32,000 bases of DNA, taken from positions 2,280,001-2,312,000 of the forward strand of contig NC_010628.1 of assembly GCF_000020025.1 (NCBI RefSeq), written 5' to 3'. Positions 18,547 through 28,179 of this stretch are shown piece after piece. The number at the start of each line of letters is the position of its first letter. Within the stretch, counting starts at the first letter, position 1. The notes below the pieces were generated by a model. It was not told the DNA's origin and searched no databases. It saw only the letters and a program-made list of their open reading frames with translations. The position numbers and the translations under genes are program-made. Source of the stretch: Nostoc punctiforme PCC 73102. GTDB taxonomy: Bacteria > Cyanobacteriota > Cyanobacteriia > Cyanobacteriales > Nostocaceae.

Positions 18547-19020
18547 TTAAGATTGACTTGACTTAATACTCATTTTATCTAACACCTGAGTGATTTTGTT
18601 AGCTTTTTCGGGTTGGCGTTGTTTTTGCAATAAATCTTTAGCTTGTAGCAGGTTAGCTTTAGCTTCTTCTTCTCGCTCTTGCTGCATAAGAATATTCGCC
18701 AGACGCAAGTAAGCATCGGGATTTTTTGGACTGCGGCGAATAACTTCCCGGAATAATTCTGTTGCTTCCTCTACTTGGCCTTGCTGGTTTAAAACATCTC
18801 CCAAAAACAAGCGCACTACATCATTAGTAGAGTTGAGAGAAATCACTTTGCGAAATGCTGCTTCTGCACCTTGGTAATCTTTTGCTTGGGCAAGATTGAT
18901 TCCTTTTTGAAACAAGTCTGAGGTAATCAAAGTTTTCCAAGCGAAATAGCCTAAAATCGACAAACTCAAAATAACTGCGATCGCAGCGATAATAGAACTG
19001 GTAGGAAAGGTTTCTAGCAT
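18547..19020 (-). CDS. membrane-anchored TPR-repeat protein
   Basis: N-terminal TM helix followed by 3 TPR-like units. It starts 3 nt after the vte2 stop, so it is probably co-transcribed. Confidence 0.75.
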   Translation of the reverse strand: MLETFPTSSIIAAIAVILSLSILGYFAWKTLITSDLFQKGINLAQAKDYQGAEAAFRKVISLNSTNDVVRLFLGDVLNQQGQVEEATELFREVIRRSPKNPDAYLRLANILMQQEREEEAKANLLQAKDLLQKQRQPEKANKITQVLDKMSIKSSQS

Positions 19021-19023
19021 TGT

Positions 19024-19992
19024 CTAAGCCAAAAAGCAGGCGATAGGAAAAATTAGATATTCTATAAAAAAGAGTTTCCAGATAAATTGGTAGAATTGAG
19101 CGATCGCACTTTTATCTTGTAAGTCTACCGCCAAACTCCGCCACCACATCCAAACCAACAGCGCCAAATGAGCAGTTATCAGAAAAATGGGGTTAACTGA
19201 AGCGATGCGTAGCACTCCTACCAGAATTATCCCTAGATAACAGACAGTTATCACCCAAAGAGCTAGATTAAACACAGCTTGGGACCCTAGTTTAATCGTG
19301 AAAGTAGTAATATTGTAGAGGCGATCGCCTTCTATATCTGGGATATCTTTAAAGATTGCGATCGCAAAGGTAAACACCAAAATAAACAATGTCAGCACCC
19401 ACACCACAGGCGGAATTGTTTGGCTTTGTTTCAGCGCCCAACTATAGTGCAAATACAATCCTAAATTAACAATCGTGCCGCGTACCGAAAAAATACACAG
19501 CGCTGCCCAAAAGGGAAACTGTTTTAAGCGAATTGGCGGTAAAGAATAAGCAGTACCAATGGCCAAACTAATTGTTACCATGCCAAACAAGAATGGCCCA
19601 GTTAGCCACGCCATAACTAGTGCCAAAATCCCAGTAGATGCAACAATTAATTGTCCCGTCTGTTGAGAAAACTCACCTGATGCCAACGGTAAATGAGGTT
19701 TATTAATCTTGTCAATATCAACATCTTCTAATTGATTCAGCCCTACAATGTAAACATTGCCACATAGACAAGCAATCCATGCGCCGAAGAGAGGGCTTAG
19801 GGAGCCGGGAGTAGTGAATAAAGAAGCGGTATTATTACTAATGGCAATAGCAATTAAATACAAACTCAACACACTCAGACTTGTACCAATAATCGTGTGA
19901 GGGCGAGAGAATTTCCAGAAAGCGTATAACCAATGGAAATATGATTGAACAGGTTTGCGTGGCAAAGGGCTGTTTTGAGAACTCTGGCTCAT
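19024..19992 (-). CDS. vte2: homogentisate phytyltransferase (UbiA prenyltransferase family, tocopherol pathway)
   Basis: Motif NQLEDVDIDKINKPHLPLASG plus a second Asp-rich motif KDIPDIEGD, with about 9 TM segments. It resembles Synechocystis slr1736-type HPT. Confidence 0.8.
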   Translation of the reverse strand: MSQSSQNSPLPRKPVQSYFHWLYAFWKFSRPHTIIGTSLSVLSLYLIAIAISNNTASLFTTPGSLSPLFGAWIACLCGNVYIVGLNQLEDVDIDKINKPHLPLASGEFSQQTGQLIVASTGILALVMAWLTGPFLFGMVTISLAIGTAYSLPPIRLKQFPFWAALCIFSVRGTIVNLGLYLHYSWALKQSQTIPPVVWVLTLFILVFTFAIAIFKDIPDIEGDRLYNITTFTIKLGSQAVFNLALWVITVCYLGIILVGVLRIASVNPIFLITAHLALLVWMWWRSLAVDLQDKSAIAQFYQFIWKLFFIEYLIFPIACFLA

Positions 19993-20283
19993 GAGTACCT
20001 TAAATTCAGATTCCGGCTTATTGTTAACTCTGACTTTTCACAAAATTTGGAAAACCTCACTTTCATTCCTCTCTCTTCCTCTTGAGAGGCTTTGAATTTT
20101 CCCCATTCCCTACAAAAATTGGAGGGTTAGGTTCCGCGTTAACTTTTCCATATTTCATGAATTGTCAGATTGTTAACCATTGTCACAGAATTTGGTCATT
20201 AACAAGAGCTTTCGTAGGGGAGGTAGCAGTGGGCACATCTGTGCGTAACCCTACCAAAAACCAGTTCCACCGAGGGGAGTAAT

Positions 20284-21286
20284 AGACTTGTCGGGAAATA
20301 AGAGAGAATAGACAGCAGTGGTAGGGAAGAATGATGCTGAATATTGAAGGTGCGCTGAAGCAAGACCGACTGTTGAGGGCATTAACTGGGTTGAACCGGA
20401 AAGCATTTGATGCCCTTTTGCCCACGTTTACCACGATGTACCTAGATACTCAACAGGCCAAGCCTCGTCAACGTGGCCTGGGTGGAGGACGCAAAGCCCG
20501 CTTACTTACAGCCCAAGACAAATTGTTTTTCATCCTTTTCTATTTCAAATGTTATCCGACCTTCGATGTGGCGGGACTGCTCTTTGATATGCATCGCTCC
20601 CAGGCACATGAGTGGATGCATCGATTGCAGCCAATATTAGAAGCGGCTTTGGGACAGAAGATGGCGCTGCCGGAACGCCATCTCGAAAGCATTGAAGCAT
20701 TTTTGTCACGCTTTCCAGGAGTGCAACGAGTGATGATTGATGGGACAGAACGCCCAATTGCGCGACCTCAAGAAAGAGAACAACAACAACAGAATTACTC
20801 CGGTAAAAAGAAACGTCATACGCGTAAACACTTGGCGGCAGTTGATGAAACCAAACGGGTCTTGATCTTAAGCAAAGCACGAGAAGGCAAACTGCATGAC
20901 AAACGTTTTCATGACGAAGATGACATTGCAGGTAGTGTGCCTGATGAAATTCCGATTGAAGTAGACTCGGGCTTTCAGGGATTACAGAAGCAGTATGACA
21001 ATCTCCATCTTCCTCACAAAAAGCCCAAAGGGGGCAAGTTAAGTGACCTTCAAAAAACGGAGAATCGTCAATTGAGTCAATCCCGTGTAGTTTGCGAAAA
21101 TGCCTTTGCTGGTGTGAAGCGCTACAACGCCGCCAGTGTCATTTATCGTAATCGGATTGAAAACTTTGATGACCATTTGATGCTGACCGCAGCAGGATTA
21201 TGGAACTTCTACTTGATGGCTGCTTAAGAGAATCCCAATTACAAGACCAGCATTGCCTCACTTATCTTTTATTTCCCGACAACTCT
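20284..21286 (+). mobile_element. intact IS5-like insertion sequence (DDE_Tnp_4 / Harbinger-like transposase), 1003 bp
   Basis: Terminal inverted repeats are agacttgtcgggaaataagaga (20284-20305) and tcttttatttcccgacaactct (21265-21286), with 20 of 22 positions complementary. The 3-bp direct repeat aat flanks it (20281-20283 and 21287-21289). It holds a single transposase ORF. Confidence 0.8.
20331..21227 (+). CDS. IS5-like DDE transposase
   Basis: 298 aa with candidate DDE residues in IDGTERP, VDSGFQG and CENAFAGVKRY, typical of HTH_Tnp_4 + DDE_Tnp_4 transposases. Confidence 0.85.
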   Translation: MMLNIEGALKQDRLLRALTGLNRKAFDALLPTFTTMYLDTQQAKPRQRGLGGGRKARLLTAQDKLFFILFYFKCYPTFDVAGLLFDMHRSQAHEWMHRLQPILEAALGQKMALPERHLESIEAFLSRFPGVQRVMIDGTERPIARPQEREQQQQNYSGKKKRHTRKHLAAVDETKRVLILSKAREGKLHDKRFHDEDDIAGSVPDEIPIEVDSGFQGLQKQYDNLHLPHKKPKGGKLSDLQKTENRQLSQSRVVCENAFAGVKRYNAASVIYRNRIENFDDHLMLTAAGLWNFYLMAA

Positions 21287-21425
21287 AATAATTAACCTAC
21301 CTTATGGAAGGCTCTCAATCGCGAAAAATCTAACAACCGATTATAAAAATACTTCTTCTCGATTCTCCACTCTCTACTCCTTATAACGTTACAATCTATC
21401 AAAAAAGCAAAGAAATAGTTAAATT

Positions 21426-22046
21426 ATGACAGCTAATTTGACACCTGTAGCCAAATTTGATTTTGTTACCGTACTATCACAGGCTGCGGCCGCATATCGA
21501 CGACAGAAAGATACACGCCCTAATACTGAAATATTAGTAAATGCGTTGCTACAAGCAGAAAAATCTGCCAAGCAGCAACGGTTAACTTATCCCTTTGAGT
21601 CTCTTCTAGGTAAATGGGAACTTTGCTTTGCCACTGGCACTAAGAAAGCCAGAGAACATGGAGGAATTGTATTAGGCAAGGGTTTGTATGTACCCAAGTT
21701 TATAAAAATCCATGTTTCATTTGATGCCACTTTAGAACAGGATTCAGACAGAGGCGAAATTTGTAATCAAGTTGAATTGGGACAACTTTTATTGAAGCTC
21801 ACGGGGCCAGTGCAATATACAGGTAAGAAAAATTTATTGGCGTTTGATTTTAACCAGATGCTTATCAGCCTGTTTGGTCGTGTTGTTTATAACAGACCAA
21901 TTCGTTCTGGTAAAGTTCAAACAGAAGATTTCTACAACCAGCCCATAGCTCAATTACCCTTCTTTGCCTTCTTTTTAGTGACGAAAGATTTCATTGCAGC
22001 TCGCGGCCGTGGAGGAGGATTGGCATTTTGGATTCGAGAAACTTAA
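21426..22046 (+). CDS. hypothetical protein, possibly PAP/fibrillin-like
   Basis: 206-aa ORF. GKWELCFATG and the C-terminal FLVTKDFIAARGRGGGLAFWIRE resemble the fibrillin patterns GKWxLxYT and YLDxDxRIxRGxxGxxFV. The family call is tentative. Confidence 0.45.
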   Translation: MTANLTPVAKFDFVTVLSQAAAAYRRQKDTRPNTEILVNALLQAEKSAKQQRLTYPFESLLGKWELCFATGTKKAREHGGIVLGKGLYVPKFIKIHVSFDATLEQDSDRGEICNQVELGQLLLKLTGPVQYTGKKNLLAFDFNQMLISLFGRVVYNRPIRSGKVQTEDFYNQPIAQLPFFAFFLVTKDFIAARGRGGGLAFWIRET

Positions 22047-22076
22047 AAACACTTCATTTCACCTTTGCGCCAGCCA

Positions 22077-22856
22077 TCAAACTGGACGACAACTAGACAA
22101 AATACTGTGCATATTTACTACTTGTCCAATGACTGCGATCGCAGGCGCACCAAATCCAGTTTGCTCTACCTGTTCTACAATTGTCTTTAAGGTTCCAATC
22201 AATTCTTCTTGTTCTGGGCGCGTACCCCAGCGCACCAAAGCAATAGGCGTTTCTACATCCAACCCAGCTGCACTTAACTGTTCCACAATATAAGGCAGAT
22301 TGTGAATTCCCATATAGATTACAATGGTTTCGGAACCGTGTGCGATCGCATTCCAATTCACTTTCGGTTTATACTTACCCGCAGCTTCATGACCAGTTAC
22401 AAATGTCACTGATGAGCTATACAGCCGATGAGTCAATGGAATACCTGCATAAGCTGCGGCTGCAATACCCGATGTGATACCGGGCACAACTTCAGTTGAT
22501 ATACCAGCGTTGACTAATTCTTCCATCTCTTCGCCACCGCGACCAAAGATAAACGGATCGCCACCCTTTAACCGCACTACAATTGCACGATCCTGCGCTT
22601 TATCTATCAGCAATTGAGTTGTTTCTTCCTGGAACAGGGAATGTTTCCCCCTACGCTTACCAGCATTAATTTGTTCAGCTTGGGGATTAATCATTGCCAG
22701 AATTGCCGGACTCACTAAGGCATCATAGATAACTACATCTGCACATTCCAACAAACCTTTCGCCTTCAGGGTTAATAATCCTGGATCTCCTGGCCCCGCA
22801 CCTACTAAATAAACCTTTCCCAAATACTCGTTCTCCTGTTTTTCTGTGCGGTTCAT
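22077..22856 (-). CDS. cobA: uroporphyrinogen-III C-methyltransferase (stand-alone SUMT)
   Basis: VYLVGAGPGDPGLLTLKA, VVRLKGGDPFIFGRGGEE and VVPGITS motifs. Its start overlaps the cbiX stop (ATGA at 22853-22856). Confidence 0.9.
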   Translation of the reverse strand: MNRTEKQENEYLGKVYLVGAGPGDPGLLTLKAKGLLECADVVIYDALVSPAILAMINPQAEQINAGKRRGKHSLFQEETTQLLIDKAQDRAIVVRLKGGDPFIFGRGGEEMEELVNAGISTEVVPGITSGIAAAAYAGIPLTHRLYSSSVTFVTGHEAAGKYKPKVNWNAIAHGSETIVIYMGIHNLPYIVEQLSAAGLDVETPIALVRWGTRPEQEELIGTLKTIVEQVEQTGFGAPAIAVIGQVVNMHSILSSCRPV

Positions 22857-23620
22857 CTATCCGTTAAATCCCAAATTAGCTCGGCTAATTCTGCACTTGC
22901 TCCCAGTGGCTGCGCCAACTGGAAATTCACCGCAGAAAATTGTAATTTTAGCTCCTCTATGGAGGCCGCGATCGCATCAGTTATTCCACCTGCGAATAAA
23001 AAGTATGGCAAAATTGCAATTTCCCGATAACCAGCGGCTACTAACTCTTTCACCCGTGATTCTAAACTAGGAGGCCCAGCCCAATAAGCAGCCACTGCTG
23101 ATAAACTCGCCGCCATTGCTTCCACAGTTTCTTTGGAACCTGGGCGACGGCTACCATGAGCTAAGAGAATCCATGCTTCTGCTTTAATAGTAGATATTTG
23201 CTTGGCCAGTAATTTCTCTAAATTGGGGTGAGAACCTAAATGTGGCTGCAACTCAATCATGATATCTTGACCAATAGCCTGTTGCGCTAGCGCTACTTCG
23301 GCGGGAATATCTGTCATAACATGTACTCCCGGCAACAGAAATAGCGGTACAATTTTGAGGTGATTCTCGTTTTGAGATGGTTTGTGTAGCCCAACCCAGG
23401 CATCGCCAAAAGCGCTCTTGGCAAATTTTTGAATCTGCTCATGTAAAGGTTGAGGACTCATTTCTAAAGCAGCTATGCCAACCAAATGTTCACTACTTGA
23501 TGGGTTGTAGTTGTTTGGTAATTTATTGCATACCAGCTTTGCTAGTTGCTGCATAGCAACTTCTGGGCGCGGATCGCGACTTCCGTGAGATACTAGCAAA
23601 TAGGCAGATGACATCGGCAA
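22853..23620 (-). CDS. cbiX: sirohydrochlorin chelatase, CbiX type (two-domain)
   Basis: Duplicated LVSHGSR / LLAHGSRR motifs at the start of each half. It is translationally coupled to cobA. Confidence 0.8.
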   Translation of the reverse strand: MPMSSAYLLVSHGSRDPRPEVAMQQLAKLVCNKLPNNYNPSSSEHLVGIAALEMSPQPLHEQIQKFAKSAFGDAWVGLHKPSQNENHLKIVPLFLLPGVHVMTDIPAEVALAQQAIGQDIMIELQPHLGSHPNLEKLLAKQISTIKAEAWILLAHGSRRPGSKETVEAMAASLSAVAAYWAGPPSLESRVKELVAAGYREIAILPYFLFAGGITDAIAASIEELKLQFSAVNFQLAQPLGASAELAELIWDLTDR

Positions 23621-23765
23621 AGCTTGAACTCTCAGTGACTAATGTTCATATTTTACTTAATATTAAGCTGGTGGTAATAATTACTCTGGTGATTATTGAA
23701 ACTATTATAAATTACTAAATACAAGTATTCTAAATCACTTTTATATTCTTCCACTTCTGATTGCG

Positions 23766-24158
23766 CTATTGTTCTTCGGCAGTGTATGTATAAAATTGAT
23801 CAAAAGCTCCCACCGTTTCAAATTTGTAAGAAGGTATCCAAGAATTTATTTTTAAATCTGTGCGGTAAATGCTAAAAATCATATAATTTTGTCTTTCTGT
23901 AGTCCTGGCAATAATTCCTTGGATTTGTGGGTTAGCTGAGTCAACCAACTTATCACAATTAAAATGGATTAAATTCTCTATAATATTCGTAGTTTTTTTA
24001 CATACATCGGTTTTTAAGTATTCTGTCAACCGTTGCACTGCATATTCTTCATATTCAACCTGACTGGGATTAGTCTTTGCCATTGTCATACCCAAGGCGG
24101 CGAGTCCTGCTGCTGCTCCAGTATATGCAATGATGGTTAGGGGTTTCATGTTTGCCAA
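23766..24158 (-). CDS. small membrane-anchored hypothetical protein (DUF4359-like)
   Basis: 130-aa ORF with an N-terminal hydrophobic segment. The DUF assignment is from memory only. Confidence 0.5.
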   Translation of the reverse strand: MANMKPLTIIAYTGAAAGLAALGMTMAKTNPSQVEYEEYAVQRLTEYLKTDVCKKTTNIIENLIHFNCDKLVDSANPQIQGIIARTTERQNYMIFSIYRTDLKINSWIPSYKFETVGAFDQFYTYTAEEQ

Positions 24159-24272
24159 GTAAAATACATTGTAATCGTTAGATTTCAGAGACTCTAAATC
24201 AGCTGAGTCCGTTCCTTGAACATAAACTCTTGATCGTTTGCCAAATTATTGCTATAATTCAAATTGTTGAAT

Positions 24273-24346
24273 GGCGAGCGTAGCCAAGTGGTTAAGGCAG
24301 TGGTTTGTGGTACCACCATTCGCGGGTTCGAGTCCCGTCGTTCGCC
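24273..24346 (+). tRNA. trnH: tRNA-His (anticodon GTG)
   Basis: I folded the cloverleaf by hand. The acceptor stem GCGAGCG/CGTTCGC has an encoded extra G-1 opposite C73. The anticodon stem is GTGGT/ACCAC with loop TTGTGGT. The T arm is GCGGG-TTCGAGT-CCCGT. No CCA is encoded (the next bases are cta). Confidence 0.9.
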
Positions 24347-24849
24347 CTATATTATTTCATAATAATCCATAAGTTTTTATAAAAGATGGGTTGCGGTCGT
24401 GAGAATTCATAACCATTACTTTACCAAGTAACTGTCACCTACAAGTTAATGAACTTGCAAGGATCGCAAATCTGCCATAATTCATAAGAATATATTATAA
24501 AGGTTTTGATGTATATAAGCAAATCTACTTGCTAAAAGAAAATTAAACCTCATCTATGTTGAAACCTAGAGTTTTTTAAAAGATATATTTATGTAGGTTG
24601 AGTTGAGTGAAACGTAACCCAACATTACCACCTTATTTATGTTGGGTTACGCGATCGCTTGACTTTTAAGACAGTCGCTACAAAACTACGGTTCTCAAGG
24701 TAGACGAGGTTTAAGTGTGCAATCTTCACTTCTTTTCTACAAAATGTTGTTTTTTTGCAGAAGTACATATCTAAGCAACGTCGATAGTGCAGAAAGCTTG
24801 ATAACCCTTTTTCGTCAATCTCGGATAAATTAACTATTTATATTAATAA

Positions 24850-24880
24850 GATTCCTGACTTTTTAGAAAAATCAGGAATC
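24850..24880 (-). terminator. stem-loop downstream of the 38-aa sORF
   Basis: gattcctga / tcaggaatc gives a perfect 9-bp stem, extendable through the flanking t/a runs. It lies 36 nt past the sORF stop, and on the minus strand ttattaatataaa follows it. Confidence 0.45.
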
Positions 24881-24915
24881 TAAGCCTCAGAAGTTTTTGA
24901 ACGCACATTTAGCCG

Positions 24916-25032
24916 TTAGAAAATTCCTAGAAGGATGATAAAAGTCAGCCCACAAAAGGCCAGCAAGGAGATAATCAAAATGTTGCCTATACTGTGGTCA
25001 GAAGCTATTAACTTAGGTGTATTAGTAGCCAT
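24916..25032 (-). CDS. candidate small single-pass membrane protein (38 aa), below the ORF-track cutoff
   Basis: My own translation is MATNTPKLIASDHSIGNILIISLLAFCGLTFIILLGIF*, a polar N terminus plus one 22-residue hydrophobic helix, with a hairpin downstream. I recognise no photosystem or cytochrome small subunit in it. Confidence 0.4.
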   Translation of the reverse strand: MATNTPKLIASDHSIGNILIISLLAFCGLTFIILLGIF

Positions 25033-25711
25033 ATAAACAGACCCTACTTAAACAACTTTTGCTTAAACTATAACTAATACAAATAATGATTAGTCTATTT
25101 TTAAACAAAAATTGATTTTAATTTATTATAGTTTATGTTAAAAATAAATTATTAACTTTTGTTTCATGTATTTAGATATAGATAATAGCAATAAAATAAT
25201 CTATATCTGAATTCTCAGAATGTTGGCAACGATCAAAATTGCATAATATATCATCTTCTACACCACTAAAAAAATGAATATTAGCATTCTGGAGAAATCA
25301 AAAAAAGTATTGACTTACAAGCGTTACAGAAGTTTTTAGCTAAATCTTGATATATTGGTCTGATAATCAGCAGACTATACGCGAATAAATTATATAGTAA
25401 AGATTAAATCAATAATTTTAAGGCACAATAGATCGCGCCTAAATTACTATGAGATTTTTTAATAACATCTGTCAAAAGAAATAAAAATTGTATTCCTTTA
25501 GTTAGAGCCAAAAATACTGAGTCATAGATACTTTAAGTAAAGTAGAACATGATTTAAGTACCTACTGAAAAATTGATACTTTTAGGTACACAGATAAATC
25601 ATATTTATCTCTATTATTTCATGTTTATATCTGGTCTAACAAAAGGTAGAGGCTTTTTTCGTCTCGCCTTGAAAATCAACAATGCAAACATCGTCATCTA
25701 GTGGAGTTGCC

Positions 25712-28132
25712 ATGTCTGAATTGCTTCAAGCAGTCTTAGATAGTGAAGAAAGAAGTGATTTGCGTTCCTTTCTTAGTGAATTACGCCAACAAGAAAAGAA
25801 GTACTTGCTGCGGAACGACATACTCAATGTATATAGTGAGTATTGCTCAAAGTCCCAGAAACCAGAGGCTTATTACACTACCTCTGAGTTAGGCAAACTG
25901 ATTTACTATACTCAGGAAATTATTCAGGAAGATTCCAACTTCTGTTTCATCATCCGTTCGAAGATTGCTAGCCAAGAAGTTTATTGGTTGACATCAGACT
26001 TGAGCATTGAGCCGATGACCGTACAGGATTTGCTGGATTTGCGCGATCGCTTGGTGAACAAATTTCATCCCAACGACGGCGACCTGCTAGAATTGGACTT
26101 CGGTCCATTTTACGACTACACCCCAATCATCCGCGACCCCAAAAATATTGGTAAAGGGGTACAATTTCTCAACCGCTATCTATCCAGCAAAATATTTCAA
26201 GACTCCAAGCAATTGCTGGAAAACTTATTAAATTTCTTGCGCCTGCACCATTACAACGGTGTCCAACTGCTAGTCAACGATCGCATTCAATCACAACAGC
26301 AACTTTCCGAGCAAGTTAAGAAAGCTATCGGCTTTGTTAATAATCGCCCCGATGATGAACCCTACGAACAATTCCGGTTTCAATTGCAGTCAATGGGTTT
26401 TGAGCCGGGTTGGGGTAACACCGCAGCACGCGTGCGAGAAACTTTAAATATTCTCGATGAATTGATTGATTCTGCCGACCCCCAGACCCTAGAAGCCTTC
26501 ATTTCTCGTGTCCCGATGATTTTTAGAATCGTCTTAGTGTCGGCTCACGGCTGGTTTGGGCAAGAGGGAGTGTTAGGTCGTCCCGATACTGGCGGTCAGG
26601 TAGTTTACGTCCTTGACCAGGCAAAGAGCCTAGAAAAGCAGCTACAAGAAGATGTCCTGCTTGCTGGTTTAGAGAAATTGAATGTCGAGCCAAAGGTAAT
26701 TATTCTTACCCGCTTGATTCCCAATAGTGATGGCACTCTTTGTAATCAACGGCTAGAAAAAGTCCACGGTACCGAAAATGCCTGGATTTTGCGAGTGCCT
26801 TTACGGGATTTTAATCCTAACATGACTCAAAACTGGATTTCCCGGTTTGAGTTTTGGCCTTATCTAGAAACTTTCGCGATTGACTCAGAAAGAGAACTAC
26901 GGGCAGAATTTCAAGGCACACCTGACTTAATAGTTGGCAACTATACTGATGGGAATTTAATAGCATTCTTGCTGGCGCGACGGCTAAAAGTTACCCAATG
27001 CAATGTTGCCCATGCTTTGGAAAAATCTAAATACTTGTTCAGTAACCTCTACTGGCAAGAATTAGAGGAGAAATATCATTTCTCATTGCAATTCACAGCT
27101 GACTTGATTGCGATGAATGCTGCCAATTTTGTTGTCAGCAGCACCTATCAAGAAATTGTCGGAACACCGGATAGTGTGGGACAGTACGAGTCTTATAAGT
27201 GCTTCACCATGCCGGAGTTGTACCATGTTACCAATGGTATTGAATTATTTAGTCCCAAATTTAATGTCGTACCGCCTGGAGTAAACGAAAATAATTACTT
27301 CCCCTACACTCGGACTAAAGATCGAGTAGAGAGCGATCGCCAACGCCTGGCAGAAACACTCTTTACTCTGGAAGATCCTACGCAAATATTTGGCAAACTC
27401 GACGATCCTAACAAGCGCCCTCTCTTCTCAATGGCGCGTCTTGACCACATCAAAAACCTCACAGGTTTAGCTGAATGTTATGGTCAAAGTAAAGAATTAC
27501 AAGAGCATTGTAATTTAATTTTGGTGGCGGGTAAGTTACGTGTAGAAGAATCAGGCGATAACGAAGAACGTGACGAAATTATCAAACTCTACAACATCAT
27601 TGACGAGTACAATCTCCACGGGAAGATTCGTTGGCTGGGTGTGCGCTTGTCTAAAACTGATTCTGGTGAAATTTACCGAGTCATTGCCGATCGCCAGGGA
27701 ATTTTTGTACAACCAGCTTTATTTGAAGCTTTTGGTTTGACAATTTTAGAGTCGATGGTTTCAGGATTGCCAACTTTTGCCACACAGTTTGGTGGACCAC
27801 TAGAGATTATTCAAGATAAGGTGAATGGCTTTTTGATTAACCCAACAAATTTAGATGAAACAGCCACAAAAATTGTGGACTTCATTACTAAATGCGAACA
27901 GAATCCTAACTATTGGAATGAAATTTCGCAGCGAGGCATTGACCGAGTTTACAGCACCTATACTTGGAAAATTCACACTAGCAAGTTGTTATCATTAGCA
28001 CGGATTTATGGCTTCTGGAACTTTACCTCGAAAGAGAATCGGGAAGATTTGTTACGTTATCTTGAGGCCTTGTTCTATTTAATTTACAAGCCAAGAGCGC
28101 AACAACTATTAGAGCAGCACAAGTATCGGTAA
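25712..28132 (+). CDS. susA: sucrose synthase
   Basis: Near-collinear with Anabaena SusA as I remember it (MSELLQAVLDSEE..., RPDTGGQVVYVLDQ, C-terminal QQLLEQHKYR). I prefer the ATG at 25712 (GGAG 6 nt upstream) over the ORF-track ATG at 25682. Confidence 0.9.
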   Translation: MSELLQAVLDSEERSDLRSFLSELRQQEKKYLLRNDILNVYSEYCSKSQKPEAYYTTSELGKLIYYTQEIIQEDSNFCFIIRSKIASQEVYWLTSDLSIEPMTVQDLLDLRDRLVNKFHPNDGDLLELDFGPFYDYTPIIRDPKNIGKGVQFLNRYLSSKIFQDSKQLLENLLNFLRLHHYNGVQLLVNDRIQSQQQLSEQVKKAIGFVNNRPDDEPYEQFRFQLQSMGFEPGWGNTAARVRETLNILDELIDSADPQTLEAFISRVPMIFRIVLVSAHGWFGQEGVLGRPDTGGQVVYVLDQAKSLEKQLQEDVLLAGLEKLNVEPKVIILTRLIPNSDGTLCNQRLEKVHGTENAWILRVPLRDFNPNMTQNWISRFEFWPYLETFAIDSERELRAEFQGTPDLIVGNYTDGNLIAFLLARRLKVTQCNVAHALEKSKYLFSNLYWQELEEKYHFSLQFTADLIAMNAANFVVSSTYQEIVGTPDSVGQYESYKCFTMPELYHVTNGIELFSPKFNVVPPGVNENNYFPYTRTKDRVESDRQRLAETLFTLEDPTQIFGKLDDPNKRPLFSMARLDHIKNLTGLAECYGQSKELQEHCNLILVAGKLRVEESGDNEERDEIIKLYNIIDEYNLHGKIRWLGVRLSKTDSGEIYRVIADRQGIFVQPALFEAFGLTILESMVSGLPTFATQFGGPLEIIQDKVNGFLINPTNLDETATKIVDFITKCEQNPNYWNEISQRGIDRVYSTYTWKIHTSKLLSLARIYGFWNFTSKENREDLLRYLEALFYLIYKPRAQQLLEQHKYR

Positions 28133-28148
28133 TTTGTCATTAATCATT

Positions 28149-28179
28149 AGTCATTTGTTGTGGTCAAGGACAAATGACT
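28149..28179. terminator. 10-bp stem hairpin between convergent genes
   Basis: agtcatttgt (28149-28158) pairs with acaaatgact (28170-28179). The right arm overlaps the stop of the 28178 CDS. There is no clear U-tract. It is preceded by the heptamer repeats tgtcatt aatcatt agtcatt (28135-28155). Confidence 0.3.

Noticed and set aside
23621-23765. Cobalamin riboswitch upstream of cbiX-cobA
   Set aside because: The spacer is only 145 bp and very AT-rich, with no B12-box-like GC-rich core.
24347-24900. Genomic island integrated at tRNA-His
   Set aside because: There is no integrase gene, and I could not find a direct repeat of the tRNA 3' end downstream. The region holds only a short palindromic repeat (gtaacccaacat...atgttgggttac, about 24624-24652) and AT-rich spacer.
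25033-25711. NtcA boxes or other defined operators in the long AT-rich susA upstream region
   Set aside because: I scanned every GTA by eye. Only half-sites turned up (GTA-N8-TAG at 25168, GTA-N8-CAA at 25307), and none match the consensus. The literature links susA to NtcA, but I cannot point to a site here.
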